This document shows positions 1 to 10,004 of a DNA stretch of 64,000 nt, piece after piece. Within the stretch, counting starts at the first letter, position 1. Each line of letters opens with the position of its first letter. The stretch is from an uncultured Alphaproteobacteria bacterium. Lineage in GTDB: Bacteria; Pseudomonadota; Alphaproteobacteria; RF32; CAG-239. The position numbers were made by a program, and so were the translations under genes. Where the stretch lies: positions 36,023 through 100,022 of the forward strand of contig CALYAW010000001.1 in assembly GCA_944393685.1 (NCBI GenBank). The letters are read 5' to 3'. The notes under the pieces were generated by a model that was given only the letters and a program-made list of their open reading frames with translations, searched no databases and was not told the DNA's origin.

Positions 1-107
1 TTTGCAACCAACTCCTCTTTAAGGAGAGGCAACATGGCATAGCCGCCGCCAAAGGTAAACAAACCTATTTTGAAGAACAACAAAAATAAATCTTTTAAAC
101 CAAGCAT
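1..107 (-). CDS. chrA: Chromate transporter ChrA, N-terminal fragment (gene continues beyond the window start)
   Basis: Reverse-complement translation from ATG at 107 gives MLGLKDLFLLFFKIGLFTFGGGYAMLPLLKEELVA, the hallmark FGGGYAM N-terminus of ChrA family. Not in the ORF track because it is a 35-aa partial. Confidence 0.7.
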   Translation of the reverse strand, partial: MLGLKDLFLLFFKIGLFTFGGGYAMLPLLKEELVA

Positions 108-186
108 TTGATCCGCCGTTGTTAAATTTCTTTGACTGACTATATTTCAATTTAGTTTTACATATAGTTAAAAAGAAGATGATAAA

Positions 187-1224
187 ATGATTATTTCCAT
201 TCCCAAAGAAACAACTCCTTCTGAAACCAGAATAGCGGCGTCGCCTGAAACCGTAAAACGCTATATCAATATGGGAGCGAAAGTTCAAATAGAAAGCGGC
301 GCCGGAGATTCTTCTGGTTTTAGTGATGAGCTATATCACGAAGCCGGCGCCGATATAATCACTCATGCCAATATTTATAGACAAGCTAACATAATTCTCA
401 AAATTCAGGCTCCACTCTCGGAAGAAATCTCCAAACTCCAAAAAAAACAAACAATTATAGCTGATTTTACAAATACACATTCATACACAGATTTTGCAAC
501 AAAAAATCTGACATGTTTTGCTCTTGAAAAAATTCCGCGTATATCTCGAGCTCAAAGCATGGATATTTTATCATCACAAAATAATCTTGCTGGTTACAAA
601 GCAGTGATAAAAGCAGCAGAATACTCTGTCAAAAGCTTTCCTTTATTAATGACATCTGCCGGCACACTTGCCGCCGCAAAAGTTTTTGTTCTGGGTGTTG
701 GAGTTGCGGGACTACAAGCCATAGCCACAGCCAAACGATTAGGAGCCAAGGTTTACGCCTCAGATATTCGCCCCGAAACACAAGAGCAAGTACAATCTCT
801 GGGAGCACGCTTTATTGAATCACATAATATATTATCCCAACTAAAAGAAACCGATATTTTAATTACCGCAGCGCAAACTTTAACCCCAAAAGCACCTCGT
901 CTCATCAGTGAAGAGACATTAAAACAAATAAAGCCTAATTGTGTAATCATAGATCTTGCCGCAGCAAAAGGCGGTAACGTTGAGGGAAGCAAAGAAGGCC
1001 AAATAATCAAACAAAAAGGGTTAACCCTCATCGGAGCAAGCAGGTTAGCAACAGAGCTTCCTTATGCAGCAAGCAATCTTTTTTCCCAAAATATCTTAAA
1101 CTTTATGACATTGGCTTTTAATTCTCAAACACATCAGTTCAATTTTGACTTTAATGACGAAATAATAAAATCCACTTGCATCATAAAAAACGGACACCTA
1201 AACAGCGAGGATATAAATGATTGA
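187..1224 (+). CDS. pntA: NAD(P) transhydrogenase subunit alpha part 1 (AlaDH-like dI domain)
   Basis: 345 aa. MIISIPKETTPSETRIAASPETVKRY N-terminus and Rossmann GVGVAGLQAI motif typical of PntA. Followed by a small membrane alpha-2 gene and pntB (three-gene split form common in alphaproteobacteria). Confidence 0.9.
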   Translation: MIISIPKETTPSETRIAASPETVKRYINMGAKVQIESGAGDSSGFSDELYHEAGADIITHANIYRQANIILKIQAPLSEEISKLQKKQTIIADFTNTHSYTDFATKNLTCFALEKIPRISRAQSMDILSSQNNLAGYKAVIKAAEYSVKSFPLLMTSAGTLAAAKVFVLGVGVAGLQAIATAKRLGAKVYASDIRPETQEQVQSLGARFIESHNILSQLKETDILITAAQTLTPKAPRLISEETLKQIKPNCVIIDLAAAKGGNVEGSKEGQIIKQKGLTLIGASRLATELPYAASNLFSQNILNFMTLAFNSQTHQFNFDFNDEIIKSTCIIKNGHLNSEDIND

Positions 1225-1504
1225 TTTTTGGATGCTTTTTACAATTTTTATATTATCGGGCTTCATTGGTTACTTTGTAGTCTGGGGAGTAACTCCCGCG
1301 CTTCATTCTCCTTTGATGAGTGTTTCCAATGCCATCTCCGGAGTCATCATCATAGGGGCTCTAACCACTGCCTCAGCTTCAGAAATGGACACCTCAAAAA
1401 TTTTGGGTCTTATTGCAGTTTTTTTGGCCTCAATAAACATATTCGGAGGATTCGCCGTTTCTCATAGAATGCTGTCACTATTCAAAAGAAAGGAGAAAAA
1501 ATAA
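1217..1504 (+). CDS. pntAB: NAD(P) transhydrogenase subunit alpha part 2 (membrane dII segment)
   Basis: 95 aa, three predicted TM helices, overlaps pntA stop and abuts pntB start. Position and size match the PntAB small subunit. Confidence 0.85.
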   Translation: MIDFWMLFTIFILSGFIGYFVVWGVTPALHSPLMSVSNAISGVIIIGALTTASASEMDTSKILGLIAVFLASINIFGGFAVSHRMLSLFKRKEKK

Positions 1505-2868
1505 TGTTGTCTGCCTTCATCCCCATAGCACATATTCTTTCTTTTGCTTTTTTTATTTTGGCAATTCGCGGTTTGTCTTCTCCTCATACTGCGCAACACG
1601 GTAATTTTTTAGGCATCCTCGGTATGTTGCTAGCCGTTGTTTCCGTTTTGCTGTTATCCCCTATCACTGAATTAGGACAAGTCCTCATAAGTATCATTTT
1701 AGGTGCCGGAGTTGGAATTTATCCGGCGCTAAAAGTTAAAATGACATCGCTTCCGCAAATGATTGCCGCTTTCAACGGATTGGGGGGATTATCTGCCATG
1801 TTCATCGCTTTGGCAGAAATCTTTTCCGGATCTGCATCTCATTTTGATACGTCAATCGGATTAATTATAGGCGCCTTGGCATTTTCTGGTTCTATGATTG
1901 CTTTTGCCAAACTACAAGGTATAATAACATCAGCTGCAATAAATTTTTCATTTCAGCAGACAATCAATTTTTTGTTGGCATTAGCTATCATCATCCTTTG
2001 TGGCTTATTTGTCCTTATGCCAAATATAAATATTTTTATCTCTCTCGGTATTATATCTATCATATTAGGAACTTTGTTGGTACTGCCTATTGGAGGTGCC
2101 GATATGCCTATTGTTATATCGATTCTCAATGCATACTCTGGTCTGGCTGCGGCAGGAATTGGTTTTTCACTTGGCAACGTTTTGCTAATTATCACCGGAA
2201 CGATTGTAGGCGCAAGTGGCACGATTCTGTCTTATATTATGGTCAAAGCCATGAACAGGACGCTAAAAAATGTTTTATTTGGTGGATACAGCATTCAAAA
2301 ACACAATAGTTCATCTCTGCCCATAAACACACAATCTGCGCATGTCGGCTCACCTCAAGACGCCGCATATATCATGGAAAATGCCAATAAGGTAATCATA
2401 GTCCCTGGGTACGGTATGGCTGTTTCGCAAGCACAACACATTTTGCAAAAGATGGCTTATGATTTACACAGCAAATACGATGTTGAAGTAAAATTTGCAA
2501 TTCATCCCGTCGCCGGTCGCATGCCGGGACATATGAACGTACTATTAGCAGAAGCCAATGTTCCGTTTGAGGATATATATGCTCTTGAAGATATTAATCA
2601 CGAATTTTCATCTGCCGATGTCGCCTATGTTATAGGAGCCAATGACATTACCAATCCTTTGGCCAAAACGGATACGTCTTCGCCAATTTATGGAATGCCC
2701 ATTCTTGAAGTAGAAAAAGCTAAAACTGTTTTTTTTGTAAAACGCTCATTAAACAGTGGTTATTCAGGTGTCGAAAATCCTTTGTTTTTTGCAAATAATA
2801 CGATAATGCTATACGGAGACGCAAAAAAAATCACGGAAGAAATTGTCACCACTTTGGAAAATAAATAA
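1504..2868 (+). CDS. pntB: NAD(P) transhydrogenase subunit beta
   Basis: 454 aa. N-terminal multi-TM region and C-terminal NADP(H)-binding dIII domain (VIIVPGYGMAVSQAQH...HPVAGRMPGHMNVLLAEA). Confidence 0.9.
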   Translation: MLSAFIPIAHILSFAFFILAIRGLSSPHTAQHGNFLGILGMLLAVVSVLLLSPITELGQVLISIILGAGVGIYPALKVKMTSLPQMIAAFNGLGGLSAMFIALAEIFSGSASHFDTSIGLIIGALAFSGSMIAFAKLQGIITSAAINFSFQQTINFLLALAIIILCGLFVLMPNINIFISLGIISIILGTLLVLPIGGADMPIVISILNAYSGLAAAGIGFSLGNVLLIITGTIVGASGTILSYIMVKAMNRTLKNVLFGGYSIQKHNSSSLPINTQSAHVGSPQDAAYIMENANKVIIVPGYGMAVSQAQHILQKMAYDLHSKYDVEVKFAIHPVAGRMPGHMNVLLAEANVPFEDIYALEDINHEFSSADVAYVIGANDITNPLAKTDTSSPIYGMPILEVEKAKTVFFVKRSLNSGYSGVENPLFFANNTIMLYGDAKKITEEIVTTLENK

Positions 2869-2947
2869 CCGAATAATTTCATCAGATATTAATTTTTTTA
2901 TCTTAAACTTTTTGCGTTCAACCAAAATAACGAAGAGATAAAGTGTT

Positions 2948-4900
2948 ATGCACGCAATTCACGCCCTGATTATAGATTTAACATTAATAACCATTTATGC
3001 CGGTATCACGACACTTATTTTTAAAAAGCTAAAGCAACCTACTGTATTGGGTTATATTCTGGCAGGAATTTTTGCCGGTCCGTTTTTCAACTTTGTTCCA
3101 ACGGTATCCGACAAAGAAAATTTAACATTATGGGCAGATATAGGCGTCATTTTTTTGCTTTTTGGACTTGGACTCGAATTCAGTTTTAATAAAATGATAA
3201 ATGTTGGCAAATCAGCCATGATAACAGCCACCGCCAATATTTTCTTTATGCTTTTTCTAGGATATTATACAGGATTACTGCTTGGCTGGCCAGTAATTGA
3301 CAGCTTTTTCTTAGGCTCTATGATTTCAATGTCCTCAACCACCATTATTATCAAGGCATTTGACGATCTCAATGTAAAAAAACAACGTTTTACGGATCTT
3401 GTTTTCGGTGTTTTGATTGTTGAAGATATAGTGGGCATTTTACTTCTTGTTTTGCTCCCCACAATAGCTCTTGGCAGCACCATAAACAGTGAAGAACTTG
3501 CTTTCAGCACGGCCAAACTCATTTTTTTCTTAGTATTATGTTTTGTAATAGGGATATATCTTGTTCCGACATTTCTAAAAAAAATATCGGTTTTTCTGAA
3601 TGACGAAATGATTTTACTCATAACCATCAGCCTATGCTTTGGTATGGTATTATTGGCAACTTCCTCTGGTTTTTCATCAGCTCTAGGGGCTTTCATCATG
3701 GGCTCGATTCTGGCAGAAACCGAAATCATCGAAAAGATAGAAAAAACATTCAAACCGCTCAAAGACTTTTTTGGAGCAGTGTTTTTTGTTTCAGTCGGCA
3801 TGATGGTTGATCCGAGTATGTTTCTAAAATATGCCTGGCCGATTTTTGTTATCACCGGCATTGTCATAATCGGCAAAGTCTTATTTTCTTGTTTTGGTTT
3901 TTTACTCTCGGGACAAACTCTTAAAACCTCAATCCAAGGAGGCTTTTCTTTAGCCCAAGTCGGAGAATTTGCCTTTATTATTGCCAGTCTTGGCATGAGT
4001 ATTGGCGTCTTAAATCAACGTGTGTATCCAATAATTGTAGCTGTTTCGGTTATCACAACATTTTTAACACCTTTGATGATAAAAACCTCAGATCAGGCAT
4101 ACAAAAAGATTTCCAGACTTCTGCCTCAAAAATGGAATATGCTTATAGAGCGCAACACATCTCTTTCTAAAGAGACACAAATGGAAGAACGTCGTTGGAA
4201 ACTTTTATTTAAGAGTTATTTCTTACGTTTGGTTTTATTTAGTATGTTTCTATATACCATTATAGCGTTATCAACCTATTTTATCCGCCCGTTTGTTAAC
4301 GATTTGATACCCAACAATTGGGGAGCGCGACTTGTCGTAACCGCAATAACATTTATTCTAACCGCACCGTTTCTCAAAGCCCTCATCGGCTGGGAAACCA
4401 TTTTACCTCTTTATCTTAAAGAAAAAATAGCCCTACTCGCTTGCAAAATAAGTTCAGCATCCAGCGAAGAAGCTAAACAAACAATTCTCAAAAGACTGGA
4501 AACAAAACTTGATTTTTGCAACGTCAGCCACGAAACGGAAAACGCGCGCAACTTTTTTATTTCCAATAACAAAATCGCGGCTCTTTATTACAAACTCTGG
4601 ATGTCCAAAAAACTTAATCGATTACCGTTAATTCTGCTGACTAGTTTTAGACTTCTTTTAGTGCTGTTTTTTATTGGTATGATTATCCACCAATTTTTGA
4701 CGGAAAACCCTAGAATCACTTTAGCTCTGGCAATAATTTCCATTTTTATTATTTCTCAGTCCCGCTGGTTATTCAATCAATACATGAGTATTGAGACGCA
4801 ATTCTTAAAAAATCTCAACGGAAATCGCCAAAATGAAGAAAAAGAAGAAACACCACCTTCTCAATCTTCTTCATCTTCAAACATATCAAATAATAACTAG
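2948..4900 (+). CDS. Monovalent cation:proton antiporter (Na+/H+ exchanger family, Kef/CPA-type) with extended C-terminal membrane region
   Basis: 650 aa, more than 10 TM helices. N-terminus ILAGIFAGP and overall layout resemble Na_H_Exchanger domain proteins. The C-terminal about 250 aa carry extra TM segments and a Ser/Asn-rich tail. Confidence 0.7.
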   Translation: MHAIHALIIDLTLITIYAGITTLIFKKLKQPTVLGYILAGIFAGPFFNFVPTVSDKENLTLWADIGVIFLLFGLGLEFSFNKMINVGKSAMITATANIFFMLFLGYYTGLLLGWPVIDSFFLGSMISMSSTTIIIKAFDDLNVKKQRFTDLVFGVLIVEDIVGILLLVLLPTIALGSTINSEELAFSTAKLIFFLVLCFVIGIYLVPTFLKKISVFLNDEMILLITISLCFGMVLLATSSGFSSALGAFIMGSILAETEIIEKIEKTFKPLKDFFGAVFFVSVGMMVDPSMFLKYAWPIFVITGIVIIGKVLFSCFGFLLSGQTLKTSIQGGFSLAQVGEFAFIIASLGMSIGVLNQRVYPIIVAVSVITTFLTPLMIKTSDQAYKKISRLLPQKWNMLIERNTSLSKETQMEERRWKLLFKSYFLRLVLFSMFLYTIIALSTYFIRPFVNDLIPNNWGARLVVTAITFILTAPFLKALIGWETILPLYLKEKIALLACKISSASSEEAKQTILKRLETKLDFCNVSHETENARNFFISNNKIAALYYKLWMSKKLNRLPLILLTSFRLLLVLFFIGMIIHQFLTENPRITLALAIISIFIISQSRWLFNQYMSIETQFLKNLNGNRQNEEKEETPPSQSSSSSNISNNN

Positions 4901-4972
4901 AGCTAGCTCAAAGTTGAATAATGTGTTGACACAAAGTCATCTCCAGAGTTAGCATAAGACAACTATAAGGAG

Positions 4973-5422
4973 ATGCCGAACATGGGATATTCAATTGGGC
5001 AAGTTGCCAAAAAGACTGGTCTCACAGCCCATACATTGCGTTACTATCAAAAAGAAGGATTGTTGCCGTTTCTTCAAAAAAGCAGTTCTGGTCTGCGTGT
5101 TTTTTCAGAAACGGATTTAGGCTGGCTTGAGCTCATAGAATGTCTCAAAGAGACAGGCATGCCTCTTAAAGATATCAAACAATACATAGACTGGTATTTA
5201 GAAGGAGACACAACACTTTCTTTACGTTTAGAAATGTTCAAAAAACAAAAATCAAGAGTGGAAGCGCAAATCAAACAATTTCAAAAACATCTCAAAAAAA
5301 TCGAATACAAAATAGCCCTATATAATGAAGCTGTTAAGCAAAACAGTCTTGAAAAAGCAGTTTCCGCACCAAAGATACAAGAGCTCAAAAACCAAGTTTA
5401 TAAAACGGACAAAGAAAAATAA
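4973..5422 (+). CDS. MerR-family transcriptional regulator
   Basis: 149 aa. N-terminal MGYSIGQVAKKTGLTAHTLRYYQKEGLL is a canonical MerR HTH. C-terminal coiled-coil region. Confidence 0.85.
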   Translation: MPNMGYSIGQVAKKTGLTAHTLRYYQKEGLLPFLQKSSSGLRVFSETDLGWLELIECLKETGMPLKDIKQYIDWYLEGDTTLSLRLEMFKKQKSRVEAQIKQFQKHLKKIEYKIALYNEAVKQNSLEKAVSAPKIQELKNQVYKTDKEK

Positions 5423-5456
5423 ATCAAAAAAATCATATCCATAAGAGGAGAAAGAC

Positions 5457-6056
5457 ATGATAAAAAAAATACTATCTACCCTTGCTGTAGCTTGCTGCTT
5501 ATCCAATGCAGTTTCGGCTCAGGAAAGCATAAAAAAACTTCCCGCCCCACAAACAGAAGGCGGCATACCTCTAATGGAAGCAATACAAAAACGAAAAACC
5601 TTTCGTGAATTCAGTTCCGAACAAATAGACGACCAAACACTAAGCAACATTTTATACGCGGCATGGGGTATTTCGCATGATGGCAAAAGAACTATTCCAA
5701 CTTCACAAAACAAGCAGAATCTCTCTGTATACGCCGTTTTGCCTGACGGCGTTTGGCTCTACGACGCAGCAAACAACCAGCTCACGTTGGCAAGCAAAGA
5801 CGATCTAAGCCCCTTTCTTAATACACAAGATTTTATGCAAGACGCTGTTCTAACACTGATATACACTGGTTCAGATCCCAAAAATTCGCCGATGCATGCT
5901 GGATCTGCCTACCAAAATGTTGGTCTTTATGCAACTTCTCGAGGTCTAAACAATGTTGTCCGCGGCTGGATAAATCGCGAAGGCATCGCGAAAGCTCTTA
6001 ATCTAGGTTCAGAAGAAATAATCATCAGCCAAACAATCGGCTGGCCATACAAATAA
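5457..6056 (+). CDS. Nitroreductase-family (SagB-type) protein with N-terminal signal peptide
   Basis: 199 aa. Signal-peptide-like MIKKILSTLAVACCLSNAVSAQE. The remainder resembles nitroreductase fold proteins (RKTFREF, GxxxSAYQNVGLYATSRGL). Confidence 0.6.
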   Translation: MIKKILSTLAVACCLSNAVSAQESIKKLPAPQTEGGIPLMEAIQKRKTFREFSSEQIDDQTLSNILYAAWGISHDGKRTIPTSQNKQNLSVYAVLPDGVWLYDAANNQLTLASKDDLSPFLNTQDFMQDAVLTLIYTGSDPKNSPMHAGSAYQNVGLYATSRGLNNVVRGWINREGIAKALNLGSEEIIISQTIGWPYK

Positions 6057-6115
6057 CAAACATCTCCATTCATAACCGATTTTACAGCTTTGCAAGCGGA
6101 TTGGTTTTTATAAGA

Positions 6116-6150
6116 GAAAAGCTCTCTATTAAAGAGAGCTTTTCTATATT
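6116..6150 (+). terminator. Rho-independent terminator-like hairpin after the nitroreductase gene
   Basis: GAAAAGCTCTCT-ATTAA-AGAGAGCTTTTC perfect 12-bp stem followed by T-rich TATATT. Confidence 0.55.
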
Positions 6151-6423
6151 GGCGGAGTAGTAAATCTCAACGGTATTAAGCATACTAAAGCTTTACATTT
6201 CTCAAGCCAAATAACAGGGAAACTACAGGGAAATTTGCCTTGTTTCTACCCAATATACCATCTTAAAATCCTTGAATTTATTACCTTATAAAAACATCGC
6301 ACCTAAAATTATCAGGGAATTTAAAATTAAATACAGGGAAAATTTACAATTAGGAATTGCTTTTTGCAAAGTACAATAGTAACAATATATATTATTGATT
6401 ATTGAAAGAATTAGGAAACAAAA

Positions 6424-8184
6424 ATGAGTTTTCAAGCGCCTTTAACAATTAAAAAAGCCCTAGAAAGAATAGATAAGAGAGAACTATTACTACCTGCAAT
6501 CCAAAGAGAATTTGTATGGAGTGCAGATGATATAGAATTATTATTTGATTCTTTAATGTGCGATTTTCCAATAAACTCATTCCTTTTCTGGAAGGTAGAT
6601 AATGCTGAGAATAAAAATCAGTATAAATATTACCAATTTCTAACTAAATATATTGAATATTACCACGAAACTGCTGATTCTTTTAATACAAATGGAGTAA
6701 ATGACTTTTGTGCTGTACTGGATGGACAACAAAGACTAACAGCGCTATATCTTGGGCTAAAAGGATCTTATGCATATAAAAAACCTTATGCTCACTGGGA
6801 TAATTTAGATAACTATCCAGAACGAAAATTATATTTAGATATCTGGAAAAAATATAAAGAATATACAGAAGAAGAACATAAAAATATTGCTGAATATGAT
6901 GATGAAAGAGAATATGGCTTCTACTTTTTAACAGAACAAGAGTTTAATAACTTAGGTGGTTCCTCACGTTTCTTTAAAGTAGGAGACATTTTAACAGAAA
7001 AATACAAAGATGTATCCTGTCTCATAAAAACATTAGAAGAACAGTTTCCCAACAACAAATTTGCTCATGATACCATAGCAAAGTTATATGACATTATTTA
7101 TAACAAACCTTTAATCAACTATTATCTTGAAGAAACAGAAGATTATGATAAAGCACTAAAAATCTTTATAAGAACAAATAGCGGAGGAGAAAAATTATCT
7201 TTTTCAGATCTACTAATATCTACAATTATTTCAACTTGGACTTCCGTTGATGCAAGAACAGAATTTAATAATTTAGAAAAAGAAATAAAAAACATGGGAT
7301 TTTATAATTTTTCGAAAGAATTCATTGTTCGATGCGCTCTCCTCGCTTATAGTAAAGATATAAAATTTAAAGTTAATAATTTATCTTCTGAATGTTTATT
7401 TCAATTTGAAAAAGAATGGAATTCTGAAGGAGGGTTAAAAGCTACAATTAAAGAAGCTTTTACATTATTAAAAAATTACGGCCATAATGATAATACAATT
7501 ACATCATACAATGCAATTGCCTTAATTGTTTATTATTTAAATCACACTGGAAAAACTAAACAATTTTGTGACAAGGTGGCATATAAACAAGATAGACTTA
7601 TTATTTTAAAATGGCTAAATATTGTATTTCTTAAAAAGATATTTGGAGGCCAATCTGATTCAATTTTAAAAGAGATTCGTGATGTAATACAAAAGTCTAA
7701 ATCTCACAACTTTCCGGTAGAAGAAATAAAAGAAAAACTGGAAGGTACAAGAAAATCATTAAAAGTTGATAATGAATTTATAGAGAGCTTATTATTTGAA
7801 CAAAAGGAATCTAGATATGCCTTTCCAATTTTATCGTTGCTATATGATGGTTCAGATTATAGAGCAACAAAGCACAAAGATCACCTTCACCCCGAATATT
7901 GCTTTAGCAAAAAAGAACTTAAGAAACTAAATCTGTCAGAGGATGACCTCAAATTCTATCAGGATAAAAACAACTGGAATAGCATTCTAAATCTCCAATT
8001 ACTTTATGGCAATGACAACGAAGCAAAAAATAAAAAATCTTTAGAAGAATGGATAGAAAAAAACAATATAAATTGTAAAGAACAGCTAATCCCTTCTAAA
8101 TTTGTCGATATTAAAGACTTTCGCAAATTTATTGAAGAACGCAAAAAAATCCTTACACAAAGGCTATTAAAAGCTTTTGAATAA
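6424..8184 (+). CDS. DUF262/DUF1524 two-domain protein (GmrSD/BrxU-like type IV restriction endonuclease family)
   Basis: 586 aa. N-terminal DUF262 (ParB-like NTPase) motif CAVLDGQQRLTALYLG. C-terminal DUF1524 His-Me finger HKDHLHPEYCF. Very AT-rich, K/N/Y-rich composition unlike the flanking core genes. Confidence 0.75.
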   Translation: MSFQAPLTIKKALERIDKRELLLPAIQREFVWSADDIELLFDSLMCDFPINSFLFWKVDNAENKNQYKYYQFLTKYIEYYHETADSFNTNGVNDFCAVLDGQQRLTALYLGLKGSYAYKKPYAHWDNLDNYPERKLYLDIWKKYKEYTEEEHKNIAEYDDEREYGFYFLTEQEFNNLGGSSRFFKVGDILTEKYKDVSCLIKTLEEQFPNNKFAHDTIAKLYDIIYNKPLINYYLEETEDYDKALKIFIRTNSGGEKLSFSDLLISTIISTWTSVDARTEFNNLEKEIKNMGFYNFSKEFIVRCALLAYSKDIKFKVNNLSSECLFQFEKEWNSEGGLKATIKEAFTLLKNYGHNDNTITSYNAIALIVYYLNHTGKTKQFCDKVAYKQDRLIILKWLNIVFLKKIFGGQSDSILKEIRDVIQKSKSHNFPVEEIKEKLEGTRKSLKVDNEFIESLLFEQKESRYAFPILSLLYDGSDYRATKHKDHLHPEYCFSKKELKKLNLSEDDLKFYQDKNNWNSILNLQLLYGNDNEAKNKKSLEEWIEKNNINCKEQLIPSKFVDIKDFRKFIEERKKILTQRLLKAFE

Positions 8185-8210
8185 AAATATAATTCAACAT
8201 AGAGCAAAGA

Positions 8211-10004
8211 TCAGATTTCTTTATCTTCTTTTAAGTCAATACCAGGAAGAGATAATAAACAGCTAATTTTTGTTCTTGGATATTTTGGATTATTCAACGT
8301 TTGTAAACTAGCAGAAAAAAATACTTGTTTTCTAGCTCTTGTAACCGCCACATAAAAAAGGCTAAGAATATCAATGTAGCGACAATAAAACTTTTGATCC
8401 ATATTGCTACTTTTGTTTAAACATCTATTACAATCATCATGGTTTGCTATTTCCGGACATACACTACATAAAGATTGCCAATTAGGAAAACTATTTCGCT
8501 CCATATCAGGAAGTAAAATATAATCCCATTCCAATCCTTTTGCACCATGCACCGTTGTAACTACAATTTTTTCTTCCAATAGTTCCATAGATTGTTTTAA
8601 GGAATTATTTGATAATACATCAATTATTAGCTGATATTTTTCTTCATTATTAAGATAAATCTTATTTGTGATATCAGAAAAAAACACTTTTAACAATTTT
8701 ATTAAAGATGATATTTCATCTGTCATGTGAGCATCATAAAAAGCAGAAACTTTTTCGTAAATTTGAGATAAAAAAGATTTGCGAATAGTTTTTAATTTAC
8801 TTTTGTTATAACTATCTATAAATATTTCCAATACATCTTTATGAAATTTTTTATAAGAATAACTTTCTTCGTTGAATAATCCATTAAAATAATCAATTGA
8901 GTTACTAGCTAAATAATCCAAGATATAATTTAAATTTTTTGTTCGGGATTGAATTAAAATTGCTATTTTGCATCCTTGATAATGATTTAATAAATAAATT
9001 AATTTTGATTTTATATAGACTGCCTCATCGTGCTGTGTATAATACAAATTACAAGGAACAACCGCATTTTGAGTGATAATTATAGAATTGCCTTTACTAT
9101 TTTCTCTAATGTTTTTATCTAATTGCAGCATATTCGGATTATCTTTAAACCGATAATTTGTTGTTATTTTAAATATATTCATAGAATATTTTGCACATGC
9201 TTTTTCCATTAAACCTGGAACAGCACCTATAAAACCATAAATTCTTTGTAAAGGATCTCCCATAAACAGAAGAGAAGTTTTTTCTGTTATCAGTTGTCTA
9301 AGTATTGCCCAGCTAATACTACCAGTATCTTGAAATTCATCAATTATTATATAAGGAAATAGTTTTTGATAAAACTGTAATATTCCACTATATTGACTTA
9401 AAAGTTTCAATGTAAGTAATAATATGGCATTATATGTAATATGATTATTTGGCAGAAACTTATACTTTATTAAAGCAATATACTTCTCAAAATTTTCATT
9501 CAAGTAACCATAATTATTATCTTTGATACATTGAGAATAAGTACTTAAAAAATCAGCTTCTGACATAAGTAGCCCTATGTCTAACTGTGTTAATTCATCG
9601 GTTTCTGCATCATCATCTATAGAAAATTGGTTTAATTGCAAAAGATTATCATTTAATAAATACCCATATCGACTTAGAATTCTACGCGAAAAGCCATGAA
9701 AATTAGTAACTATGATTTTATCTTCTAAATCGTGAATATTTCTTATTAACTTAGGTACATTTTCAAAAACTTCTTTTTTTATTTTGTACGCAGCATTTAC
9801 ACCAAATGTTAATATCAAAATTTTTTTATTTACAGGAATCTTATTTGTACTAAGCAAATAAGCTATTTTACTAACTAATGTCTTTGTTTTACCGCACCCT
9901 GCTGATGCTTCAACAAGGATTCGTTTTTCTTGAGAAAATATGATATCAAGTTGCTCCCTATCATTTTGATGCATTTCTTTTAACTTATCTTCAATACAAG
10001 ACAT
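8211..10004 (-). CDS. gajB: Gabija GajB, UvrD/Rep-like superfamily-1 helicase with C-terminal Cys-rich extension
   Basis: 597 aa. Walker A ASAGCGKTKTL, motif II IIIDEFQDTG, motif V/VI VTTVHGAKGLEWDYILL. Start ATG overlaps gajA stop (TAATG) at 10004. Extra C-terminal CxxC...CxxC segment. Confidence 0.8.
   Translation of the reverse strand: MSCIEDKLKEMHQNDREQLDIIFSQEKRILVEASAGCGKTKTLVSKIAYLLSTNKIPVNKKILILTFGVNAAYKIKKEVFENVPKLIRNIHDLEDKIIVTNFHGFSRRILSRYGYLLNDNLLQLNQFSIDDDAETDELTQLDIGLLMSEADFLSTYSQCIKDNNYGYLNENFEKYIALIKYKFLPNNHITYNAILLLTLKLLSQYSGILQFYQKLFPYIIIDEFQDTGSISWAILRQLITEKTSLLFMGDPLQRIYGFIGAVPGLMEKACAKYSMNIFKITTNYRFKDNPNMLQLDKNIRENSKGNSIIITQNAVVPCNLYYTQHDEAVYIKSKLIYLLNHYQGCKIAILIQSRTKNLNYILDYLASNSIDYFNGLFNEESYSYKKFHKDVLEIFIDSYNKSKLKTIRKSFLSQIYEKVSAFYDAHMTDEISSLIKLLKVFFSDITNKIYLNNEEKYQLIIDVLSNNSLKQSMELLEEKIVVTTVHGAKGLEWDYILLPDMERNSFPNWQSLCSVCPEIANHDDCNRCLNKSSNMDQKFYCRYIDILSLFYVAVTRARKQVFFSASLQTLNNPKYPRTKISCLLSLPGIDLKEDKEI

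Noticed and set aside
19-288. 89-aa minus-strand ORF at the window start
   Set aside because: It overlaps the pntA start on the opposite strand and is in a different frame from the convincing ChrA N-terminal fragment (1-107). Arg-rich translation looks spurious.
3265-3996. 243-aa ORF on the minus strand
   Set aside because: It lies entirely antisense within the well-supported cation:proton antiporter gene. Composition looks like mirror-strand noise and there is no RBS or domain.
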